Assembly (NCBI GenBank): GCA_977020255.1
Contig: CDROCS010002451.1
Coordinates: 558,001 to 622,000 of the forward strand
Direction of reading: 5' to 3'
Source of the DNA: Obrimoposthia wandeli
Lineage: Eukaryota
Length of the DNA: 64,000 bases
The notes beneath the pieces were generated by a model. The model was not told the DNA's origin. It ran no database searches and was given only the letters and a program-made list of their open reading frames with translations. Numbering within the stretch: the stretch's first letter is position 1; each line of letters starts with the position of its first letter. Shown here in pieces: positions 11,402-25,194 of this stretch. A program made the translations under genes and the position numbers.

Positions 11402-14117
11402 CAGGGTTTCTCAACCTTTTTTCACCACGGCCCCCTTTAGTTTGCAGCAAATTGCTGTGGCCCCCCTCTACTATGGACAAAAAGATTACATCGTATACGT
11501 ATTGTTTTCAATTATACTATTCTGTCATGGAAACATTCAAAAAGATAATCAATGAGAAAACTATATTTAAAAAAAGTTAGTGTGACCCTTGCGCTTGGCG
11601 TTTGCCAACAAGTGTAGTGAAATCTGGAGCAATTTCAGAAAGTCGTAAACGGATTTCTGCATTGTCACACAACTTGAGATTCATCTGCTGTTTTGCGAAC
11701 GAATGAAGGACAACTGAGAACCCCTTCTCAGCTAACACCGACGTCGGTAGATTAACAATAAAGGGATAAACCTTCTTGAAAATTTCCGGATAAATTTCTG
11801 AATTTTCCAGCCATGCTGCCACCCAATTCTGCTTTGACATGCTGATCATTTTGTCATCTCCGAGAACTTGACATAACTCCATTTGAATGTTCTCAGGAAA
11901 ATCGATGATTTGATCGACTGTCATGACGTGAAGACAATCAATATATGCTGGAACAGTCAACACAATTAAATCCTCAAATCTTAGCTGAAAGTTTGTATAC
12001 AGGACTTCCAAGTGCACTAAAATGATGTCTCGCAAATCTGGATTGCAAACATCGTTGGCCAATTTTGGGAAATGACTGAAGTTACCAGCACGAATACTTG
12101 CTGCCCAAACGATCAATTTGTTCATAAATGATTTGATAATTCGCTTGGCATCAACAATATTGAAATTTTGTGACTGCATAACCATGTTAAGCTCGTTTAG
12201 TTTTTCCAAATATTGCCTCAGATATAAAATGGTGCTTTTTGCTTTCAATCAGTTTGTTTGTGAGATTAGCATCTCTTTCGCTCAAGAATTCAACAACTCT
12301 GTCAAAAAGAGCGACAAATCGCGACAGACAGTTTCCCATCGAGAGCCACCGTACCTCGGTATAGTAAAGCAAGCATTTAAAGTGCTCATCTTGACAAGCT
12401 TCACGAAAAAGGCGGTCTTGTAAAGCTCTTGACTTTATTTTGTTAATTGCTGAGACAACAATGTTAAGACAATCCATCAAAGTTGTTCTGCCCAAGTCTT
12501 TCGCGACCAAATTCTCACGGTGAAGTACACAGTGCATTGTAAAGATGGTCCTGTCTTGCAGAAAGCGACCGACAACACCTTGCTTTTTACCCACCATAGA
12601 TGGGGCACCATCAGTGCAAATGGATATCATGTTTCTCTTGTCTATACCATGATCCTCGAAGTACTTACAGACTGTGTTATACACAGATTCGCCTGTCGTG
12701 TTTACCACAGTTTTGATAAACAACAACTCTTCCTTGAGTTGTCTATCCTTGACGAAAAGGACAAATGCCAAAACAACCGCTTGGTTCGAAAATGTGCTTT
12801 CATCAAGCGTCAATGAGAATTGTGAATTGTGAAGATCATTTGTGATGATGAATTCCACATTTGCAGCCATATCAGAAATACGTCGCGATATGGTGTCATT
12901 TGAGAGAGGAATCGATACGAGCACTGACTGTGGATTTGATACTTTGGCAACATTAAATGCTTCCAAGATAGCAGGTTTAATTAACTGCTCTGCCAGTGTA
13001 TGCGCTCTACCCTGTTTCGCCATTAAATATGCAATTTTATATGATGCTGTTAAGCCAGAAGTAGAGTTCTGAGGAACCACAAATTTTCGAAATTGGGTTG
13101 AGGCTGTTTTCCTCTGATCACGAAGCTGAGTAAAATATGCGCGCGGTTTTGTTTCAATGTCAGGATGCTTATTTTGGAGATGAGCCTCAAGTTTTGATGG
13201 TCGCATTGAGTCATTGGAGAGCACAGTGTTACAGACAATACACTTAGGAAGTTGAGAATTACTTTGGCTTGCAATGAATCCGAAACGTAAATAATCACAA
13301 TTATACTGTCTGCACTTTTTCTTGCTGCTCATTGTTAACTAAAAATCAGAAATGAAAATTGTTTACAAGGGTAACGTGAGCAAAAAGACAAATAGAAAAA
13401 CAAGATCTGTATGTGTGTACATTCAGATATAGTGAATGACAAAGAAGAAGAAAGAAATCAACCACTGACTCATTCAAAACAAACACAAGTGCACGTTTGT
13501 GAGTTAGGTAGGTAGCATTTTACAATGGCAGCGTATTTTGGGCATGTACACATGAAGTGTGACACTCTTTTCTTCACACGCTGAGACACAACACGATTAC
13601 TGATTTTTATATGTAATGCTGTTGTCCCTAAACTGTACTGTACTCATACGAGTGCGCGCTTGATGTGATGATCAGCAAGAAATGAATGCGTCGTGACTTT
13701 TGCACAGGTTAAATTTATCATTAACATATCCGTATGATGCGCACATGTACAAATATACAAGACAGTCCATAGATTACTCAGGATGATGATTATGCACATG
13801 CCACATCCGCCACACAAACTTTTGTGGCGCGATGATATTTTTGCAAAGGCATATTATGATGTTTTACCGTCGGCCCTCATTGGGCTGGTACGCCCACGGA
13901 ATAAGTTGACGCGTCGCGTCCATATGTATCTAGAAGTCTATACTCTGTTTTCATTCCATGTCAAACATTTATTTGTGGCACACGTGTGCAGCCATCGAAG
14001 TGTTTAACCCAGTGAAAACAGGGGTGTTAATTTTTTATTTTTGTTTGGCTCGTGTGGCCCCCCTGGCAAAGTGTGTGGCCCCCCAGGGGGCCCCAGGGCC
14101 CCTGTTGAGAAACCCTG
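11402..14117 (-). mobile_element. hAT transposon, Buster/Charlie (ZBED5/SCAND3-like) family, 2.7 kb
   Basis: Perfect 14-bp TIR CAGGGTTTCTCAAC, 8-bp TSD GTCTAGTG on both sides, and a transposase ORF inside. Confidence 0.96.
11577..13332 (-). pseudogene. hAT Buster-type transposase (~585 aa) with one frameshift in an A-run near 12238
   Basis: BED finger CIVC...HLQNKH, LDES, TDGA, CVLH, EVRW and C-terminal PTSVLAEKGFS. The two ORF-track ORFs overlap at a single frameshift. Confidence 0.93.
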
Positions 14118-16337
14118 GTCTAGTGTGTTAGTAATAAACGATTTCCTACAACTAGAAAGCATTGTTCTAAACCCTTCAGATTAAGACAAAACAACAAACC
14201 TTCAGATAAGAATAGAGACAGGCAACCATAGCATTAAGTAGGCCACAACCATCCTTAAGACCTGCTTCTATAGAACTCACGTTGGGGCCCTCCACTAAAG
14301 AGGATCTATAAGTTTCATATAGAAACCCCAACAATTACATTAAGTCTCTTACAGATTCTTTCTTATATACTTCACATCAGCTCTGCATACCTTTTTGTTT
14401 GTGCGCTTCAATGAACACAGACCGGATGCTTGCTCTTGTCGACTGGGCTTCTACCTGCGGAAATTCAACACAATTTAGTCAACACTCGACTTAACTCGGT
14501 GTTACTAACATATATGCCGGATGTCGCTAATTCATGCGATTTTCTTACTATATCTGGCTTGTGTGAATTTCTCAAGGATTTTTGTCGACCTAATCATGAC
14601 ATATTTGCAAATTCTTTTTTCATATTGTTTCTTTTATACTCGTAGACGTTTTAAGGCCTATCAAGGTTTTAATTTCTTTATCAGTTTGACTACATAAAAT
14701 GCCTAATTTAATTTTATTATTTAACGTTATTTTTACTTTAACTACCCGATTTTAATATTCATATTTAGAATCATTCTGCATTGTAACAGCTAGGTACTTT
14801 AATTACTTATATCAAATTATATTTTATTATTTGATATTGGTTATTGATATAATAACTTATTATGAAAAGTATAATTATTAAATTGTTGTATAAAATTAAG
14901 AAATTTAAAAAATCATACAACAAAATAATTTTAGATTATTATGAAATTATTTATTGTATTTTTTATTTATAATGCATCTAGGGCAAATTTCAACAATATT
15001 TATAATAAGTTAATTAATTATATAATTAATTTTCTTTTTTCGCAAAATTAGTTTTTTAACTTACAAGTTGAACTATAAATACTTCTATTTATTTAAGAAT
15101 TACTTTCTCAAAATAATTTAGAATTTTTAATATTCTCAATAAAATAAATATAATGAATATAATTTTTATTATTTCTCATCGTGTAAATACATATTTATTT
15201 TGAACTCGCACGAAAAGGCTTTGTGAAGTATAATATTTCACCATTATCTATTTATATGCCCAATTTCGTTCAATTCCGAGCGTCCAAGTTGAGAGCTTCT
15301 CCTTGTTAGTATACATCAATAAATTGGACCAAAAGTGAAGTAGAATTTTAGAATATTTCTACATTAAATCTAAATTTAATTAAAATGTTCACAATATTAT
15401 TTCTTTATTACAGTATATTCAAATGTCAAATTATTTAGTCTGGAAATATTTTAATTTGTACCGAAGTCTGTGTAACCAAGTGCTAGATCGACATAGATTT
15501 TTACCAATTTTTTGCAGCGCATAATTTCGATTTTCAGAAATAATTTGCATCAGCTGATCTTGCAATTAAAATTTCTCGACATATATACCAATTAACCGCA
15601 GAACTGTCTGTGAATAGAAGAGCTGACAATTTCTGGGAATTTATACTCTAGCACTCCCTGTTTTGACATTTAACTATATTCATTGAGATGGAATATGTTT
15701 CTAATTTATTCTTTATGTGATGAAATATTTGCCACGAAATTTCCTTGTAAAATTTGACTTCACACGAGATATAAGGGATAAAAAGCCTTTTAGTTAGATG
15801 AAACAAACATAGATACCTATATCGCGTTTCGATGGTTTTTGGTTGTCAAAATTTATAAACATTAATTAAATATATATTTTTGTATAAGATTTATTTGTTT
15901 GTTTCAATAATATTAGACCATTTGCGATTTTGAAGTTTCAAAATAGTCAGAATTATCCGAAATTAATAAAGTAAGTTATTTTATTTCTGAGATTCTTTTA
16001 TGATAAAAGTAAAAAGTTTAAGAAGACAAGATACCAGAAGAGAAGAAATATTAAATAATTAAATTAGCTTAAATAGAAAATCATTCGAGAAGTTCAGAAA
16101 CTGTGCAGACTTGAACTTGGGCGATGTTCACTCAACACTGAAACTCACCTCATCTGATTTTTACATGCTTCCTGCTGTGTCTACTGCCTTTTGTGGAAAA
16201 CATATCTTTGATAATGATAAAATTGATAATTTTCTTGTAAAATCACTGAATCTTTCTCAACAAAATCTAATAAAATCCTACATTGTGGACTGAATTGATT
16301 AATAATGACGTCGATTCAATATTTGATTGATTATGGT

Positions 16338-16510
16338 AGTAGGTGGATGTGTCCGGTCTAATCCACACCCCTTGTCCTTTAAAACTGTGCATGTGTGGAG
16401 TGAAATTTCACTCCACACACCTACACGAAATTTTACTCCACACACATGCACGGTTTTAAAGGACAGGGGGAGGAGGGGGCTGTGGATTAGACCGGACACA
16501 TCCACCTACT
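16338..16510. mobile_element. 173-bp foldback element with AGTAG...CTACT termini and 6-bp TSD (miniature Polinton-like element)
   Basis: 30-bp perfect terminal IR AGTAGGTGGATGTGTCCGGTCTAATCCACA, imperfect IR extending ~75-85 bp, TATGGT duplicated at 16332-16337 and 16511-16516. Confidence 0.88.
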
Positions 16511-16974
16511 TATGGTTAAAGTTAAAATAAATCCCTAGAACTATAAAATTTTCAGGGATGGATCTTGGGAGGAGGGTGTATGCCTAACCTCCTAAGAACC
16601 GTCTCACGATTGATAGAAAACGTTTTTCTATGCCATAAAATCTAATCTCTACTTTTTGTGTCATACATATTTGCATGTTTATCTATTTCAATAATCCATA
16701 TATTTGTGCTGTGTGGTGTATCAGCCTGTTAGTCGAGACAAGATACTTTATTATGACGCAATCTTCAACTTGTATGCTAATAAACGTCCTAGAAAAGTGT
16801 TTTGTTCAATCCACAAGCATGCATTTTATGGCAATGATATATTTATATTCCTATAATTGGAACATATAATAGTTTTACCCATTTTTTAAAATAATTCTAT
16901 TTTATTGCTATTTATAAAAATATATTTTTATATTATACATTTTATTTTAGAACATAACAGTTTAATAAAATATT

Positions 16975-18391
16975 TGTTAGAATTAGGAAACTAAAAATAA
17001 AATTAATAATAACAACTATTTATTCTAGAAATTCTCACCTTAAAAAACCAAGGTGAGAATGAAATAATATTAAAAATATTTAAATAAAATTATTTTGAAC
17101 AAAACTAAAATTGAATAAATTAGGACCTTGAAGAGGTCGTGTTAAGATATATAAAAAGATAAAAAAAAAAGTGCAAGACGAAACGTAAGAATTAAAAAAT
17201 TTATTCATTAGTGATTTTAGAAAATGTACTGTGTGGGAAAATTAACAGCAGTCAAGACAATTTACTGCACTGAACAAATTCCGAAGATAAACGAAAACCC
17301 ATTAGTAGCACTGAAAAAGATAGAGCCGTTGGAACAAGCACGATAGAAGAGAAGAAGAAAAGAAATCGATCAGCCAACAGTTAATTCATATCAGATAAGT
17401 GGGAATAGAGGATCACAAGAAAAGAAGAGAAATATTCAGGAGCTAGACCGCAAGCGAAGGACTGATCGCACAGACGGAATTCGGAAGTTGAACAAGAAAG
17501 GTGATCGGACGAAATATTCATTAAATTGCTCATAATATTTTAATTGTATTGTAAAATTTGAATTGTAATAATTGAATTGCTTATAATATTTTAATTGAAT
17601 TGATATATTTGAATTGTAATAATTGAGTTGCTTATAATATTTGAATTGCTCAGCTGTTTGAATTGTAATATTTGAATTTATTCAATATCTGAATTGCTTA
17701 TAATATTGGATTTGTTCATAATAGTGGTAATTGTTATATTATTGTAATCGTGTTAAGAGCATAATTAAAATAAATGTAATACCTTGTAATTGTGTGAATC
17801 AGAGATCTTGTAAAAGTTATTGACTAAGAAGATTCGTATAAAAGGAGTAACATTTGCTGAGGGTCATCCCATTTCCAGGTTGTTGGAATTAATATAGTTT
17901 ATTTTTAGACGTTATCACTCGTATAATTGTTTAGACATTTTTAGTTGTGTTTCGTAAATAAATTGTAACACTACTAATATATAGGTTGGCCGAGATACAA
18001 CCACGTGACGGTATTCCAACCACTGGGGTATTTGATGATTGTTGTGTCCCAATATTACCGGAGGAATATCGTTATCGTTGCTTGGCTCCGGTTCTTTTCC
18101 ATATATTCGGTCTAGGTTGCTAACCAGACCTTTCCGGAATTTAAACGTCCGACTCCTAAGTCTTCACAACACCACATTAGTTTCTGGACCCTACTAGCTA
18201 TTTTGTGAACACAACTCCTTGAACATACCACAAGACAATAAGACACAAAACCTTCAGATTTGAGACTAGAATTAAGTAGGACACGAACAGGTAGACCACA
18301 AACATATGTAAGCCCTATCGCTACAGAACTCATGTTGCGGGCCTCCATACGAGGATCTACTCGAATGAGAGATTCAATTAGAAACCCAACA
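16975..18391. mobile_element. Solo LTR of a related Gypsy-type family (1.4 kb)
   Basis: TGTTAG...CCCAACA termini and TSD TATT. The 3' end shares AAACCTTCAGAT, AGAACTCAYGTTG and GAGGATCTA blocks with the other two LTRs. Confidence 0.85.
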
Positions 18392-19601
18392 TATTTTTAG
18401 TAAATTACTCCAATTTCTATTTATTGACTTTTTTCATTTAAACTTTTACATTATTTAATTATTTATATGTGATATATTTATTAAAAAATAAAATACATAT
18501 ATGTAAAATATATTGTAAACTGTTATAATAATTATAAGACAAACAACATTTTAAAATAAATATATATATATATATATATCTAATGGCAAGGTAAGGTTAA
18601 ATTTATTACATGAACTATGTATTATGTCAAAAATGTACCAATACAAAATTTTATTCAAACTCATTTCAATCTCTCCTAGAATACGGAAATTCCTCCACTG
18701 GGGAATTCCCCACAGTTTGACTACCTAAACATTTAAAAATGCTGAGAAGCAACTGTTCTAAATTCAGATACATAAATACAAATGTTCAATTAATTAATGG
18801 GGACGATACTGGATAAGCCAATGAGCACAGTTTTACTTACAGATAATATTGATAACTGTGAAGATTATGTAGATTTATTTGTGAACATAGACTGTCATCT
18901 AAGTCCATAAAACTGATATTTCTAGCGGCAAAATCAATTACGGCTGTTATCACCTAGTTGGTGACCTCATTAGAAAATTACGAATTTTGTTGTGACTGCG
19001 GCCCAATATCCGTCGAGGTCAGCTTAGGAGAAAATATAGTCTAAGACGTATTTTTAGAACTTACATTTTCCAATTTTAATGTTTGATATCACTAGTTAAA
19101 TTCATTAAAAAAAAATTATACGTTGCAGTATTTGGACTTTTTAGTTACTTTATTATTCATTTGAATTAACAACCGCTTTTATAATAATTTTATTTATAAT
19201 ATTCAGCAATACAACACAAAAGTACACCAAAACTATGTTTTAATGATCGTTCTAGAGTATTGTCCCATCTACTGCAATAACAGCTTTCTACTTTCTAGAT
19301 AAAACGATCGTTCCCCGTTCAAAAAGGTGACGTCAGTATCAACATACATTTTGCTCGTTTGTTAATTTTTGATGTAACTATTGAATTTTGTGCTCTTTTC
19401 CCCCATTCTGTCAACAAAAAACAAGATCATTGTTATCCCACTAATAACAGAAACTTACTTTTTTTGATTAATTTTAGAGTTGATTTTCAGAGCGATTCCA
19501 TCAAACTTATATTATGACCTTTTTGAAATTCCAGTATCAATGTAACCTTCTTTCACTTGACATTCTTAAAGTGAACTCATAGTAGTGTAAAGTGACAATT
19601 C

Positions 19602-19671
19602 AGCGGCTTGGCGGCAGAACAAAGCCCCGCCAAGCCGCTTAATCGTAACTTTCCTGACGGGTACTACTAGT
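19602..19671 (+). other. GC-rich 13-bp hairpin followed by CGGGTACTACTAG|T; possible Helitron-like 3' end
   Basis: AGCGGCTTGGCGG / CCGCCAAGCCGCT perfect IR, with CTAG about 30 nt downstream (farther than typical for Helitrons). Confidence 0.35.
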
Positions 19672-22429
19672 TACTATGTTCAGATATGCTCAGACATGTA
19701 CTTTAAGACCATTAGTCTGGGTGCCACTGAATCGTCACTTTTTTGGATGATACTCCATGTTACTATTAATAGAAAGTAATATATCCTTACTCAAATTTCC
19801 CGCTGAGTTCAAATTCAAAATCAATAATTCCACTTCATTAAAACAAAATTGATTGAATTCCTTCAAATTAGCTGAATTTAACCTTACATGTTCAACTGAT
19901 TTCAAATTTAACCTCAAATTTAACCTTAAATATACTTCATTGAAACAAAATTAATAAAAATCATGTACAATTCATTTAAATTAACTCAAATTAACCTGAA
20001 AATTTCCACTTAATTCAAATAAATTGTACCTAATTAAAACAAAATTAATTAAATTCGTTCAAATTAGCTGTGATTATATTCAATAACATAATAAATAGAC
20101 AAAAGAAAGCATACAAAGTATGTGTAAAAATGATATATAAGATATTGCTTAAACTATATGTGTATGTTTGGAAATTCTATATAAGGATATATAAATAATT
20201 TTTTATACTTTGTGTGTGTATGTGTTTAAAACAATAAGATAATAAATAATAATGAAATCAGTTCATGTTTATACTCAATTTGATTGATTAATGACATTGA
20301 TTGTTTAAAGACAAAAGAAACTTAAAAATTTTCCACTTAACGTTTTAAAATTATCAAAGGAAGTCTGATAAGACGTGCTTTCGCATATGTCACCCTGCAT
20401 TACCGGGTCACTATCTCACTCTATGTTTATGAATTTTGTTTATCGTCAATAAGATAATAATATATTTATTCAAATAGATCATGTACACAAGTAAGTCCAT
20501 TACATAATTGATAAACCGGTATTATTTTTTTAGATCTCCTATAGCTAAAACGAATCTATGACTTTATAAAAATACCTTCATGATGTTCGAATAAATCCAT
20601 AAGTCGTTCAATAATTAATTCTGGTGCAACATATAAATTAAAATATTTTTACATATTTTTATCGAAAGGTTCATGTGCTAAATTTGTTTTCCATGCACAG
20701 AGCATATTGACATAACTATATTTGATACTCATTTGGAAAATAATGAAATCAGTTTAAAAACACAAGAAACTTCATTACAACCTTATATTTTCTACGTTTT
20801 AATATCTTAATTGCTATATTGTATTGGTTTATATTAAAATAAGATAGTTAAATATTTATTATAAGTGGTTCAGTTACTATCATTCAGATGGATCCAGTTC
20901 ATGAATGTATATAACTTTAATATATCCTCTAGCTAAAATAATACTTAATAAAAAATACCATCATGATATTTGAAGATGTCTAAAATCCTTTCTGAAATAA
21001 TTGCGATGAAGTATAAATGGCGAAATAGTTCCTTTCATAAGAATCATATAGATCTTTAGATAAATTTGTTTTTAACGCATAGAGCATATTGATGTTATTA
21101 TATTTGAAATTCATTTGAAAATAATGACAAAATTAGTTTTGTTTATGTATTTACTCAATTTGTATTGTTTAAAACGAATCCTATGAGAAAAGACGCAAAA
21201 ATGTACGAAATAGAGAGGTCTTAGGAGAATATTTAAGAACATATATTTTCTTTGAATGTCCCATTTTGAGATTTAATTGTATTTATTTATTATTGGCCAT
21301 ATAAAAATGCTACACAAAACCTTAGATCGTGAAATTGGAGGGGAAATCGATATGGTATGTAATTGGTAAAACATCATGTGTGAAATATGTGCAAAATTTT
21401 ATTAAATGAACCAGTTTGTCACAGAGGGTGTAAACACAAGTTCCAAATTGACGAATGTGTTTATACAATGTGAAAATATCATGTTGAACGTGTAAAATTT
21501 AGAGGTATAGATACGATGCTTACGCGGCCCGCAATTTGATATTTTCTTGTTGATTTTATGATATAAAGTAAATTTTTAAATGGCTAATATTTTTAGTTCC
21601 TGTCAAGGACATATTTGGTTTAAAATTAATTAGAATAATAATATTACAATTAAAATATATTTAAAAAAACTGAAAGATGGAAATTAAGAAAAATATTACT
21701 AAAAAAGGAAAAAGAGCGACATTAGAGCCAGCAGCGAGAATTTCTAAGTTGTATGTTGAGGTTATGTGTAGCCAGTCACAGACGAAGAAGCAACAGAAGA
21801 AGTGTAACCAGAAAATTTCAGAGCAGAAAATTGGGTAGCGGTATCCCATTGGTAAGAACAAATCTATAAAATAGTAGAGCAGTGTTCTTTCACAGAAATT
21901 TAGAAAATGACAGCTTAATGCCAAGTAGAGAAGAACCCCGGTAATCTAGAAGTCGCAAACATCCGGGTAAGACGCACGTAGGAACAAACCACAATTAGTA
22001 TTCTTACAATATTATGAACATATTATTTATTTTATTTTACTTTTCCATAATCAATTTTTTTTGTTTTATTGAAATTTATTACCTTTTGTTGCTTTCTGGA
22101 GATTGTCATTATGTAGTTGAACGGTGAAATTTCACGAAAAATTAAATTGTTTACTTTGTTCTCATTCACTTAATTTTTAAAATCTCAGATCCGACACTGA
22201 ATCTCTCTCTGCAAATCACAGCTGACAGCGATTGGATTGGCTTCTGCAATCGCCAAATGTCAGTGGAAGAAAGATTTGTGACTGTTGGCTGTGTCAGACG
22301 ACAGCAGGGAGACAGTGATGGCGACATGGGAATCTGGGCGACTTTGTATAGATAAATGTTTATTATTCACCGTCTTTTTCTTTTTATCTCTGACTTTACG
22401 GGCATTTTGCCTACTGCGAAGCCAGAGAT

Positions 22430-22605
22430 AAATTTGCCGTCTCCCTGACGACCCCGGCAGGGCGAAACCGGCTAAGAATTATCGGGGACCGATAAGGATT
22501 ATTAAAAATGCAAAAGTGCATTAAAAATTATTTCATTATCAATTTCCCTAATTAAGGAAATTATTCAATTAACATTTCACTAATGAAATGATTTCTAATT
22601 TTCTC
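22430..22605 (+). repeat. Dispersed repeat containing a degenerate minimal hammerhead-ribozyme-like core (Penelope/retrozyme-type), copy 1
   Basis: CTGACGA-cCCC-GGCA-GGGc-GAAA-CCGG at 22445-22471. Homologous in inverted orientation to 32645-32830. Confidence 0.5.
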
Positions 22606-22955
22606 CTTTTTCTATCAATAAATTGTAATTTGCACTCAATAAAGTTTTAAATTATTTTTAACAAATATTATTGACAAAAACTCTCCTGACATTTTTGAGT
22701 CTGATATAAAAAACATGCCAACAAAACATTCCCAACAATATTACCCCGAAGCACATTACTTCGTGTAGTGAATTCATGTTTTGTAGTTACTTAATTACCT
22801 TAAGTAATTGGTTGCATAATTATTCAATAAAATTGTATAATTACGTAACAAACAAACCGTTTTATTTTATTTCGTTTTTTAATTAATTTTGAAGACAAAA
22901 TGGAGTAAAAGGGTTTGTTTTAATTTTTATATTTATGGTAATTTTTAAAATTTGA

Positions 22956-23170
22956 ATTACATGATGAATCTCTCAAATACAACATGGTCAACTGCAACAA
23001 CGACTTCTCAAGCTAATCCGGCAGCAAGGTCTATTTCTGCCTATGAACAATATTACAATTATTACATGATGAATCTTTCAAATCCAACATGGCCAGCTGC
23101 AACAACGACTTCTCAAGCTAATCCGGCAGCATGGTCTATTTCTGCCAATGAACTATATTACAATTATTAC
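22956..23170 (+). repeat. Two tandem 105-bp copies inside an unassigned Thr/Ala-rich ORF (22952-23347)
   Basis: ATTACATGATGAATCT...ACAATT repeated with period 105 (in frame). No recognisable product. Confidence 0.8.
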
Positions 23171-24554
23171 CAAACTATATCTCCAGCAGTTACCACTATT
23201 TCAACTACAACTCAAACTCAAACTGTGGAATTTAATCAAGACATAATATCATATGTAATTAAATATATGCTTACACCACACTTCGATATTTTGATTTTAT
23301 CATTGTCAGCTTTGAAAATGTACTTTCCCATAGCCATATGGAACTAACGCATCTTAGGAGTTTAGAAATCACTTCAATCAGTACAATGAATTGATAATTG
23401 TGAATAATTATGTTCAACATCTCTAATACAGTTTCATTTTTTACGTTGTTTGATTGGCTTTACACTGATATTATATCAGATTCCAAATTTTGTCTTAAAT
23501 AAAGTGGGAATTATTAATATCAAAATATCAAAGGTCTTGTGTAAAATCAAAAACTCATTTGGATTTTTCAAAATCTGTGAATCTATCGGAGATTATTTGT
23601 AGCCAACTATACATGTTGACTGTTTCTAAAATTATATTTCTTAATTTTATCTAGGTTTGGAAAATGCATCAAATTTTAACTTATATATATAATTATTTTT
23701 GAAAATTCGATTGAAAACTCTCAAACATATTTAGCTAGTAACGCCTCAATGATTCAAACATTTACACATTTTGATTTTAAAGTGATGAAAATTTTAGTTG
23801 TGTAAACTTCTAATGACAAAGATTGACTTTGATCTGGAATCGGTATATCATTTGTTAAAGAGATAAATCAGATTAGCAGTTTTTTACTTTATCTTGCTTC
23901 GTTTCTGTTAGTTTTCGCTTTTGCGCACTACTCAACTGAAAAAAGCGGTTCTAGGGATCAGTTAAATCTAGAAATAAAACGAAAATTTTGTTGGATTATT
24001 ATAAATAAATATGTCGCAGGAAAATTCATAGTATCATCAGACAAAAACAAAAATAGATTCATAAAAAAGACATGATAGAAAAAACAAAACATATTTTTAA
24101 AAAAACTTCTAAAATTCTAAATTTGATAATATTAAAAATTTAAATGTTGTTATCGGCCTAAAAGTTAAAGAAATGTCATGTGAAAATATTAATAAGTAAA
24201 TAAATATTTTATCTATAATTATGTGAATATAATTATTTGGTAACCTTTCTACAAATTTCTACATATTTTATTTTAATAGTTAATTTAAATTAAATATCAA
24301 TATATAGCTCTATGAAAGTTAATCACTACCATTTCACAAAATTATAAAACATAAATTGCGGTATTTATTGTCAGTATCATAAAAATTGAAAGGAGTTACG
24401 AAAAACGTGGAATCTGCACTCACTTATAAGTTAGCAAATTTATTGAATTCTGTTATGGTTATATATATATTTTTATTTTGTTGCTTTATTTTGTTATTAC
24501 TGTAAAGGAAATTTTTCAGTAAATTAGTGGATGTCTCATTCTGATGCTCTAAGT

Positions 24555-25194
24555 CAGTGGTTCTTAACCTTTTTCTTCCCAGCGCCCCTTTTCAGAGATT
24601 TCCATAGGCTGGCGCCCACCATAAATTCAATTCAATTCAAATTATTTATTTCATAAAAATCATACAAAAATTAGTACAAAGTTTATATGCGTAAATTGAT
24701 ATACAATATCAAATATATTTACAGTGAACTATTTTCTATTTATTCCTTAGTGGATTATTCCTGGAGGTACTACATAAGTACAAAATAATAGATCGGATCT
24801 TTGATTAAGTTTTATTTTCAAGACTTTCAATTTAGGCTATTTTTTTAGCACTCAACCGGCATGTCACTTAATCAACTCTACATCACATGTTTAACCTCCA
24901 AGCGCTAATTAATGACTGTCGCCACAAGGCTTTTGTTTCGACCTTAAAAAAGTATTTGGCAACTCTAGTCGTATTATGAATGGTTAATGAGTTCTGGCGG
25001 GAACAAAACAAAGTTCAAAATGGTTCCATGTTATGGGTAAGATCCAGATTTGGACGTTTTATGGTATAAAAATATAGTTACACCTTCTGAACATAGCACC
25101 CCCCCCATAGCGCCCCTGAGTATTTCCGCTACCGCCCCCCTAAAAGCCAGCACCGCCCACTAGGGGGCGGTAGCGCCCAGGTTAAGAAACACTG
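24555..25194. mobile_element. Non-autonomous hAT (Buster-type) element, 640 bp
   Basis: TIR CAGTGGTTCTTAAC / GTTAAGAAACACTG (13 of 14 match), 8-bp TSD CTCTAAGT, GC-rich subterminal GCGCCC motifs. Confidence 0.9.

Larger units (their letters stand above)
8367..14333. mobile_element. Solo LTR (Gypsy-type) with internal tandem array and a nested hAT insertion
   Basis: TGTTAGG...CCCCAACA termini and 4-bp TSD ATTA on both sides. Start and last ~400 bp are homologous to 29132-31512. Confidence 0.9.
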
